Part shown: positions 1-10,187 of the stretch, piece after piece
Position numbering within the stretch: the stretch's first letter is position 1
How the letters are laid out: each line of letters opens with the position of its first letter
Assembly (NCBI GenBank): GCA_021432655.1
Contig: MU271651.1
Span: 1-35,472 of the forward strand
Reading direction: 5' to 3'
Length of the DNA stretch: 35,472 nt
Source: Atractiella rhizophila
Taxonomy: Eukaryota
Program-made: the position numbers and the translations under genes
Notes under the pieces: generated by a model
The model's input: only the letters and a program-made list of their open reading frames with translations
Told to the model about the DNA's origin: nothing
Databases searched by the model: none

Positions 1-483
1 ATGGATAGGAAACCTGAACTTTGTGAGCCTCGCGAGATTCACATGGCCACCTCAGCAGCGTCCGCGAATGGTAAGACTGCTTCATCTCGCCACTGAGGAC
101 TGCTACCTCTCGTGGTTCCGCCTTCTTTGGGTTTTGATGCTTTCTAGTTTGTGCAACTGATCGTTTCTATCCTGCCCATGAAGGCCACGACATTACTGTG
201 CTCTGAACCACAATGAGGGACATCATCCACTATTTCACTTTCTCGGGAAGGTACTTCATCTTTTCACCGCTGCCTCATACGTAGCAGTCGAGTCGCAAGC
301 TGCCTGTTCAGTCACGTTCAGTACCCTGATACCCTGACGTGGTCTGGCCTCTTCGAGAGGCACTGTCTTGCATATGCAGTGATTTCCAGGGATTTTTCCA
401 GATTTCAGAGCTCCCGCCACCAAGTCACTCCGCAGCTGGCACGCAGTCACCGCAGGCATGACTCTTGCTCCCATTCTCCTGCC

Positions 484-492
484 TTTATAAAG
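484..492 (+). promoter_or_regulatory. Putative TATA box of PB1 copy A
   Basis: TTTATAAAG lies ~65 nt upstream of the ATG. It is conserved as TTTATAAG at the same position in copy B (~22859-22866, minus strand). Confidence 0.5.
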
Positions 493-552
493 GGTTGCTT
501 TGACGTCTTGGTCTTGCCACTCGAACGAGCAAAACGAACGATCAGCACCAAG

Positions 553-1388
553 ATGTCTCAAGTTTTTAAGCTCACACTAGGAGAAATTGTTAGGAAAGTG
601 GTGGTTCCCACTGAAGGAGGCATGAAGTGGGAGGCGATCGAGAATGCGGTCAAGGAGAGGTTTGGGATCGAAGACACGAAGAAGATCGGGCTGAGCTACG
701 TCGATGAGGATGGAGACGAAATCACGATGTGCGTACTCCCCTCCACCGTTATTTCCTCGTATGTGGCGAAAGACGATATTGACAATCACTTCTATAATAA
801 CAGCTCGTCGACTCAGGAACTCAACGACCTCGTACCTTTCCCGAAGCCAGCTAAGTTTAACGTCGTCGTCTTCACAGACATCGCGACTGGAGCCGTTCTT
901 CGCTCTCCTCCTATCGCGCCGCCTGCTTCGCTTCCCGCATCTGCGATGGGAGATTGGGTCATGGATGACGACTCTGTTACTCCTGCTTCCACAAGAGAAG
1001 ATAAGGGGAAATCTCGCGCACCATCTTCTCCTTCCGTCCACTCTCGTGATGGAACGGCGACGCCTAGTGGAAGTAACAATGGCGGAAGGAAGGCTTTGAG
1101 GAGTATCTTGGAGGAGGTTCTTGGCAACCCAGCGTTCAAGCAGGTTGGAGAGAACATCGGTCTGAAAGGAGGGAAGGAGGAGATGGCTTCTACCGTGGAA
1201 GGGTATCTCGATAGGTTCGGTTGGGCGGATTTCGTGGACAACATCGTGGGTGCCAAACATCCGAACATGCAGGTCAACGTCGACATCGGTGATCCGGAAG
1301 ATGCGCCGCTCCCTCAAGCTAGATCACATCGCAGAGAAGGAAGGAGGGGAAGGAGAGGAGAGAGGCATTCTCATCCCGCTCCACCACC
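553..1388 (+). CDS. PB1-domain protein, copy A (3' end lost in the assembly gap)
   Basis: ATG at 553 (MSQVFKLTLGEIVRKV). Removing the 75-nt intron 729-803 (GTGCGT...AACAG) gives IGLSYVDEDGDEITISSTQEL, the acidic OPCA motif of PB1 domains, and the N-terminal Lys typical of PB1 is present. The frame stays open into the N run. It is a near-identical paralog of 21365-22798(-). Confidence 0.85.
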
Positions 1389-2224
1389 NNNNNNNNNNNN
1401 NNNNNNNNNNNNNNNNNNNNNNNNNNNNNNNNNNNNNNNNNNNNNNNNNNNNNNNNNNNNNNNNNNNNNNNNNNNNNNNNNNNNNNNNNNNNNNNNNNNN
1501 NNNNNNNNNNNNNNNNNNNNNNNNNNNNNNNNNNNNNNNNNNNNNNNNNNNNNNNNNNNNNNNNNNNNNNNNNNNNNNNNNNNNNNNNNNNNNNNNNNNN
1601 NNNNNNNNNNNNNNNNNNNNNNNNNNNNNNNNNNNNNNNNNNNNNNNNNNNNNNNNNNNNNNNNNNNNNNNNNNNNNNNNNNNNNNNNNNNNNNNNNNNN
1701 NNNNNNNNNNNNNNNNNNNNNNNNNNNNNNNNNNNNNNNNNNNNNNNNNNNNNNNNNNNNNNNNNNNNNNNNNNNNNNNNNNNNNNNNNNNNNNNNNNNN
1801 NNNNNNNNNNNNNNNNNNNNNNNNNNNNNNNNNNNNNNNNNNNNNNNNNNNNNNNNNNNNNNNNNNNNNNNNNNNNNNNNNNNNNNNNNNNNNNNNNNNN
1901 NNNNNNNNNNNNNNNNNNNNNNNNNNNNNNNNNNNNNNNNNNNNNNNNNNNNNNNNNNNNNNNNNNNNNNNNNNNNNNNNNNNNNNNNNNNNNNNNNNNN
2001 NNNNNNNNNNNNNNNNNNNNNNNNNNNNNNNNNNNNNNNNNNNNNNNNNNNNNNNNNNNNNNNNNNNNNNNNNNNNNNNNNNNNNNNNNNNNNNNNNNNN
2101 NNNNNNNNNNNNNNNNNNNNNNNNNNNNNNNNNNNNNNNNNNNNNNNNNNNNNNNNNNNNNNNNNNNNNNNNNNNNNNNNNNNNNNNNNNNNNNNNNNNN
2201 NNNNNNNNNNNNNNNNNNNNNNNN
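1389..2224. other. Assembly gap (836 N)
   Basis: Run of N. It begins where copy B has its Pro-rich tandem repeats. Confidence 1.
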
Positions 2225-2730
2225 TCAACTTACAGTATCTTTCTCCTTCGATGGCAAAGTTGACATCAGCTCGATCATTTACACTTTTTTCAACTTTTGT
2301 CATTGCAGAGCAGTTGCAGGGAATAGCAGAATAGAGACGCAGCTACAGTTCAGGGTCTAGGTGGGAGTCAGGTTGAAGGAGATGAGAACGCGCCACAATT
2401 TTTCATAGATATACAAAGAACACACCGTGCGTAACCCCACATACCGGATATTGGGAAGTGTTGGATGACGATGTCCCATGAGTTGCCATCAGAATCATTC
2501 GTTATGATATGCTGAGCTGGAGGACCTATTCTCGCCATGTCCCCCGAATTTGATCTGGTTTGCATCTTGCGTGTTACACGACCCTATGTATCATCTATGC
2601 TTGTACAAGATTCTTCGTCAAAACGTGTAATTTGTACAACAGAGGGCAACTCGCATCGAATACTGACCCTCGTGCCAACCTTTCTCCTTTGAACGCCGAA
2701 CGGGGTCTATACTGACAAGTCTTTCACTAG

Positions 2731-5142
2731 AATTAGCATTATGTCATCGTCAACACATTCAAGTAGTACCCAAAGGACCACGACCCAAAGCCACCATTTC
2801 CACACGGACGACATCTTTCGCATCCACATCATCTCTGCCCACTCCACCACCGTCTGCTTACTTCACCACTCCATCAGTCCCCGATGCGGCACTTTCTCCT
2901 TCTCATGCTATATTTCCAGACCTTTCTTCTCCCAAATCCACCACGTCCTGGACTGGTGTAGCTATCGGAGTAACGAACATTCTAGGTGGCAATATCCAGA
3001 AGGGGAAAGAGAAAGGCGCTTCAGTAAAGAATGAGAAGAGCCTTAGCGCTCAACAGTTGAAGAAGCTTGCGCAATGGAGGACCAAAGCGAAGGGTAAAGA
3101 GAAGGAGATTGATGATAAACCATCCCCGATAAACGTGGAGAGCGGGTGTCCCATACTTCCATCGCTGCCTCTTGCATCCCACCAATCCTCTCAATCTTCC
3201 TCCTCTCACTCTCGATCCGGACCACCTACCCTTTCATCCTCTCGGTCGCGTGGGACGATGGAATCGGAGCTGTCCCTTGCCCAAGGCGAAGACAACGCTA
3301 GTTCATGGGTCTATAGCGTGGAGAGAGCTACACCTACCCAGCCTACAATACATTCTGCTGAAGTGCGGAGAAGCGCAAGCACGAAGAGTCGCGCCTCTAT
3401 AGACTGGAACTGGAAGCCACCGAATCTCTCTGTTCCACCTCTGAGCGAGTGGAAGCCTTCCTTCAATGCGCCGACGCTACCAGCGATGAATTGGGAAGTT
3501 CCAAAGGTCGACATGTCCTATCTCAACACCACGATGAATAACCTCAACTTCATGACACTAATTGCACGGAAGCAAACGTCAGCGGCTGAGGAAGCACAGG
3601 ACGGAGCAGCAACGGAGGGAGGTTCGGAAGAGGAAGAGCGACCCGTCACTCGGCGGAGGAGAACATCTTCGAACCCCCTTCCTTTCACACCTTCGGAAGC
3701 TATGGAGCGAGGATATTTAGAGGCAGACGAGATGGACGAACAGCTGGAGGTGGATCCCGACTTTGAGTTCCAGCGAGTACGACACAATTCATTGAAAAGA
3801 ACTTCAACAGCGCCACTTCCTCACGTGGAGCGTCCCAAATCAGCTCCTCTCTCGTCCCCATTTCTTCCTGTCCTACCCCCGGCTTCATTCGCGGCAAAGA
3901 AAGCACTTGCGAATACCCAACAGAAACCTGGATTTTTTGCCAACTTTTTCTCTACTAGTTCGAATAGTGGTGGAGTGAAAGAGAGCACAAAGAAGGGTAT
4001 GATGGAGGATGAAGATGTCGAGAGGGAGCGAAGACTATTAGAAGAACAGGATAAACTTTATGGGACTTTGAAGGAGATTTATAAGACACCTAAAGATCCT
4101 GTGGTCTTCGCTCATGGTCTATTTGGTTTTGATCATCTTGGTCCCGCTGGAATTCCCGGCTTGCAGGTCTCATACTGGAGAGGCATAGGAGAAGCGTTGG
4201 AGGAGAGAGGATGCGAGGTCTTGATTGCCAAAGTCCCAACCTCTCACAGTGCGTCAGTTCTTGCTAGGGTATCACTTCAATCGACGTGTGACTAGGCATT
4301 GAGACGCGCGCCAAAGCCCTGTGCGAGATGATCGAACAGAAATTTCCAGGTCGAGAGGTGAATATCGTAGGGCACTCGATGGTCTGTGATCTGTCGCTCC
4401 GTATCCAAGCTTCGTCTAACTTCGGATTCAGGGTGGACTTGATTCCCGTTACCTCATCACCCATCTTCGACCAACCAAGTTTAAAGTCAAGTCGCTGTGC
4501 ACCATCGCTAGTCCCCACCGCGGGAGCACATTTGCTGACTATTTCATTGAGGAAATGATTGGCCGTGCGTCTGTCCTTTGTATCATACTTCGACTGTTAC
4601 TGAGAACTGTGGCTTCACAGGAGATAACATTGGCTCTTTCCTCTCCGTTATGAAGACATTCGGTGGTGAGGGCGGCGGTGCGGCTTTCGAGGCTCTGACC
4701 ACTTCTCGAATGGCTCGGTTCAACGTCGAGACGCCGGATATGCCAGGCGTGAAGTATTATTCCTATGGAGCCGAGTTCACAGCAGGTTGGAGCAGTCCTT
4801 TCCGGATTCCATGGGGCATTGTAAATCTTTAGTCGGGCACATTTGGGATGTAGCTGATCGAGAATTCAGGTGTATGAGCAGGAAGGACCAAATGACGGTC
4901 TCGTCTCTGTCGAGTCTGCCAAGTGGGGGTCTTACAAAGGGACGCTGCATGGCGTAAATCACCTGGATTTGATCGGATGGGTGGATAGGGTGAAGTATGC
5001 GTTAGCAGAATGGACGGGAAAAAAGACTGGTTACAAACCGTTCGTCGTTCCTCTATGCTGCAGACGGTTCGGTGGCCAACTCTGGGATAGAATATCGTTT
5101 TATCTCGCCGTCATGGAGATGCTTGCTGAAGAGGACTGCTAG
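2731..5142 (+). CDS. Tgl2-like triacylglycerol lipase (alpha/beta hydrolase) with a long low-complexity N-terminus; start uncertain
   Basis: Introns at 4249-4295, 4382-4431, 4565-4620, 4821-4869 and 5040-5090. The spliced protein has PVVFAHGLFGFD, the GHSMGG nucleophile elbow, SPHRGS, NDGLVSV (Asp) and VNHLDLIGW (His), with the stop at 5142. The frame is open from 2667, the first in-frame ATG is at ~3258, and there is an acceptor-like CTGAC...CACTAG ending at 2730. Confidence 0.9.
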
Positions 5143-5682
5143 TGTGTTACTTGAGTTCACTTTCGTGCGTTGCAGAGGTGGTGAGCTTCTGTACGTTTAG
5201 TATTTTAGATAACAATGTGACCTTCTTCGTATATGTTGTCAATGATTTAACGGAATGTTTTAGTTTCAACTGGTGAATTGAGTTGCTATCCAGCTTTTCA
5301 GTGAGCGTGGCTCTGCAGCTCCATTCTGATGTCCAAATCGTAAAAACCCATCCCTACTCTCGATTTTTCTGTCGCTAGCTTAATGCAGCTCAAACCAACT
5401 ACTCAATTGTTGGTTCAACTTGGTCGTAGTATTTACGTTATGACATACTACATAAAGTGTCATGCAATCCAAATCGAGAGGAGAGAATCCACAGAACGCC
5501 ATCTATGGTTCCTTCGGTTCCTAAATTCATTTTCTTTTGAACATTAACCCAGCATTAATACTCCGAAGTTAAATCTAGTTACTTACGGCTCCGAACTACA
5601 GCTGGAGATCGATTTGGAGACAAAAATTCGACCACTCACTCGTTCTGGGATCTCTTAATTTTACGATTTGGATCGCTCTAGA

Positions 5683-7084
5683 ATGTCCTCTCCAGCTCTC
5701 GTTGGCCTTGGCAACCCTCTTCTTGGTGCGTCTGCGCCGTAGTATGCGAAGCGTGCTGATCGGGAAGCGGTAGACATTCAGGTCAGAAATGGAGAAGCAG
5801 TCCTCGAGAAGTATAACCTAAAGGCCAATGATGCCATACTTGTAGATGAGAAGCAGGCTTCGATGTAGGATGCCTTACTCCCGCCGTTCGCGGTCACTCT
5901 GACGTTGCTGCTCTGCAGTTATGATCACATCGAGAAGGAGTACGAGACCGCCTATGTAGCAGGCGGAGCAGCTCAGAACGCCTGCCGAATGGCGCAGGTA
6001 TGTCTTCGATTACCATTCTCTATTAAGAAAGGCTGATTGAAAACTCTCAGTATGTTCTGCCTGAAGGATCGACTGCCTTTATCGGCTGTGTTGGGAAGGA
6101 TGAATTCGCGTCGAAGCTTGAGGAGGCAAACAAGCGTGAAGGTCTGAAGAGCGCCTATATGTTCGCTGAAGACGCGCCCACGGGAGCTTGTGCCGTCATT
6201 ATCACGGGTCATCATCGGTATGTTTCCTCATCTCTGAGTAAAGAGGGGACTGAGAGTTGGCCGTTGCTCCGCAAGGTCGCTTGTTACGCGTCTGGGAGCA
6301 GCAGAGAGCTTCAAACCTTCGCACTTCGAGAAGCCCGAAATCAAGGCTCTCCTTGATGGCGCCAAATATTTCTACATGGAGGGATACTTCCTTACTCACG
6401 GGTTAGAGAGCGCGAAGCTAGTCGCTAAGCGAACAGCGGAAAGTAGTCAGGTACGTTTTACCCGTCTCCCTGCTGGAATCGACTTCTGATGGTGGCTTTG
6501 GATCCTAGATGTTCGCAATGAACCTTTCCGCCCCTTTCATTCCCCAATTTTTCAAATCCCAAGTTGACGAAATTATGCCCTACGTCGACATTCTTATTGG
6601 GAACGAGACTGAAGCTGAGCATTACGCCGCAGCGGCTGGCTGGAACGTGTGTTTTCTCTTTACTCCCGATCCTGAAGACAGCCAACTGACTTCGTTGGAT
6701 GACAAGACGAAAGACCTTGGTGTGATCTCGAACAAGCTTGCTCACCTCCCTAAAGCGAACAACACCCGTCCGCGACTTGTCATAATCACTCAGGGACCTG
6801 AAAACACCTTCGTCTCGTCTCCTTCCATGGTCGCTCAGCCCGAACTCTCCTCTCACCCTCATCCTCACAAATCTTATGCCGTTACCTCCCTCGCTTCCGA
6901 TTCCATCGTCGACACGAACGGAGCAGGAGACGCCTTCGCTGCTGGGTTCATGGGTGGTTTGGTTAGGGGTCTGGGCGTTGACGAGTGCATTGAGTTGGGA
7001 CATAGATGTGGTGGCATGTGCGTTCAGCAGGTCGGACCTCAGCTCAAGTGGCCGAAGGAGGACGTGTTGAAAGGGCTCATTTAA
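5683..7084 (+). CDS. ADO1: Adenosine kinase (PfkB family)
   Basis: The spliced product reads MSSPALVGLGNPLLD...KANDAIL...AGGAAQN...PTGACAVIITG..RSLVT.LGAA...NLSAPFIPQFF...GNETEA...IVDTNGAGDAFAAGF. Six short introns. Confidence 0.95.
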
Positions 7085-7542
7085 TTGATCCCTGAATAGA
7101 AAGCTAATTGTAAGCTGAAAGAAGAGATGTTGCTCAACCAACTGGCATGTAATAAAATAGCAAGCATTTGTTCATCCATCTTCCGTTCCCAACTTACTTC
7201 GTTCGGAGTCAACCCGACGATGCTTGGAGCTCCTTTCGTGCTCCTTGAGGGCTTCAACCGACCGACACAAATAGCGTTCTAAATTTACACTGTGTTCCAG
7301 CATGGAAGTCAATGGAAGTTACGGTTTCTGCAAAGATCGCGCCTGCTTCGTTTCAACCGTCGGCGGAGCTGATCATGTGCTAAAAGAGAGTTGCCGATCA
7401 GTTGCAGCTCCTCAAAACGACCATCAGCACCATTGCCCCCTCGTTGGTGCCTCTTCAACGTCTCTGAGTAGAATACCAGAGACTTCTCCCCCTTCCCAGT
7501 AGAACACACATTCTTTAGAGAATACACACTCCTTCGCCCAAC

Positions 7543-9502
7543 ATGAAATATTCCCTCATTTCTTCGTCACTCTCTTTGGCGCTCCTCGCCTCCGAAGGCG
7601 TTCAAGCTCATCCCGGTGCGTATTCTTGCCTCGGTTCTTGTGCGTGACTTATGGAAAAGGCAGATGTCGCTGCTATGCAAGGACGAGCGATCCAGTTGGA
7701 CAAGAGGTTCAACTTCGAACCCATCCGCGACATTTTCGGTCTCTTCAAGTGCGTTTCCAGGCCCAGCATTAGATGCCTCTCATGAAAAATTATTCAGGCT
7801 GCCTACAGCGAGACACCATATCGATTTCGTCAAGAACAAGTTCATTGGAGGGATCGGTGCGGCCCTTTGTCTCTCCGCTGAGAACCTTTGTGTTGAGGGT
7901 GGAAACAGACAACTATCACCGGAACACTGGGAAACATTCCATCCTCGAAGCTAGTTCTCACAAGAAGCTTCTCGCAAAGAGGCAGAAGGAGCCCCTCACA
8001 GACTTCAACAACGACGTTCTGTGGGCAGGCACAATTAGCATTGGGTACTCATTCCTTGACTTGCACCATTAAGATGCTCATTCACTACTGCAAAGCACCC
8101 CAGCGCAAAAGTTTCTGATCGACTTCGACACTGGCTCCTCCGATCTTTGGTTCGCTTTCCTTTCGTTGTGTGTTTGCTGGCTCATGCTGAATTTCAGGGT
8201 CGCTCACACCGTGTGTCGCTAACTCCACCACTGCTCCAGGCAGCTTCTGATCTCCTGCATAGAATTGCACCACAGGTGGCTGTGCGAATACCCACATCAA
8301 GAAGTACAACCCAGCGAAGAGCTCCACCTCTTCTAAGAAATCTGGAACGTTCGAGATCGAATATGGGGACCACTCCAGCAGCAAAGGGCCTGTGCGCTCA
8401 TTCTTCCCGTCTTCCATTCGATCACCCTGATGGCCTTGTTGCAGATCTTCACAGACACTGTCTCCGTGGCAGGAATCAAGGTGACCAAGCAGTACTTGTC
8501 GGCGGTAACGACAGAGAGCGCATCCTTTGTCGATGATCCACAAGACGGAATTCTAGGTGCGTTGTCTTGATCAGGTTCACATGGTACTCATGGACTTATA
8601 TCTGAATAGGTTTGGCCTTTGAAAGCATCTCCAGCCTCGGACAGCGCCCATACTTCGAGTCAGCTATCGCTCAGAAGTCTGTTAAGACGAAGCAGTTTTC
8701 ATTTGCTCTCAAACACACAGGCTCTGAACTCTACATCGGAGGAACAAACAAGAACCTGTACACTGGTGCTATCCACTGGGCTGATGTCGTTGAGGAGTCT
8801 TATTGGGTTTGTTCCACGACTTTCTAATGAGCCGCTGGTTGAGGTATCTCAACGCACAGGTCATCAAGCACAAGATCAAGGTCGCCAACAAGGTTGTTTT
8901 CGAAATGTCAGGTTAGATTCTTTCTCTACATTCGCTTTGAGCTTTGTTGATTGGGCAACAAGCTATCGTGGATTCGGGAACGACTCTCGTCATTGCCCCT
9001 CCTGCGTACGCCACCAAGATTTACAACCAGTATGCCAGCCCTGCCTCCATGAGCGTACTCCGTGACCTGAACTGTTTTTTTAGCATCCCTGGTTCCAAGG
9101 CGTGCACCGCTAGCACCTGCGGAAGTGGCTCTGACGGCTTCTACATCTATCCTTGCGCCTCCAAGCCCAAAGTCTCGGTCTCTGCTGGGGGTACCACCTG
9201 GGCCATCTCAAACGACAATTTCAACTTGGGTGTCTTGCAGACCGGTAGCACCTACTGTGTTGGAGGCATTGTTGGCCAGGTTTGCCTTTCCGCTCCCAAT
9301 AATGAATGGAAGGTATCTGATGGAATGTTGAAACTAGGACGTCGGTTTGAACGCTGTCATTTTGGGAGACGTGTTCATGAAGGTATGCTGCTGCCTTATG
9401 TTCAGCCTTAAAGGATTACAATGCTGAGGCTGGCTTTGACAGAACGTGTACTCCGTCTTCGACGTCGCCAACTCCCGAGTCGGATTCGCGCAGCTCAAGT
9501 AA
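7543..9502 (+). CDS. Secreted aspartic protease (pepsin family A1)
   Basis: Signal-peptide-like MKYSLISSSLSLALLASEGVQAHP and a propeptide ending LAKR. Catalytic motifs FDTGSSDLW and IVDSGTT, flap IEYGD, DGILGLAF, ILGDVFMKNVYSVFD and RVGFA. About 13 introns; TAA at 9500-9502. Confidence 0.95.
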
Positions 9503-10187
9503 AGTTTGTCCATTGGACGAACAGCACATTCGTGATCAAGAGGACGATCATTTCTGCCAAAGGACTTTCATTCCATTTCACCTGGACTTTTATGGCTGCG
9601 CATTCTTTGTTTCCAAGTTGAGTCTTTCGAGCACTCAACACGTTTCATTCTCTCCCGGATCCGCAAGCTGTAAATACCCTTCAGGTAATTTATCTACTCA
9701 TTTGGGTCTATTAGTGTTACTTCAACTTAGCAGCACGACCGAGTTTGAGGTTTAGAGAGTTACAATTGCAATCCACATCATAATGAGGGTGACGGTAAGC
9801 TGAGAAACGGATGGACGAACATAGCATCAAATCAAGCAGCTCAAGAGGGGTAGGATCATATGAACATCTGACCAGATATGCACAAAGTACCTATCGATAA
9901 TCACAAACTTGGAAGGAAATGAAAAAATCTAAGCAATAATTCAGCAAGTGAAATGGGAAGGGACGAAGAACGATGTAAGCTTTCATAGGAGGAGAAAGTT
10001 GAAAATAAGGATAAGGGATATATGGTGATAGAACATGGTAGTAGATTGTAATTCTAATCCTCGCTGAGGATCAATCCATCCCTTCCGCCCATTGCATTCT
10101 GGGTGATGTTCCCGAATGCGACAACAAAGGCTCACAGAGACCTCATCAAAGTTCAACCAACCAAACCAAACTGATGTTGTGTTTATC

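Noticed and set aside
577..1317. Long antisense ORFs over both PB1 genes (also 21635-22594) and over 10174-10998
   Set aside because: Shadows of the sense genes. Their conservation between copies is explained by the DNA duplication itself.
379..2334. 651-aa, 337-aa and 310-aa ORFs crossing the N run
   Set aside because: Artefacts of translating through the assembly gap.
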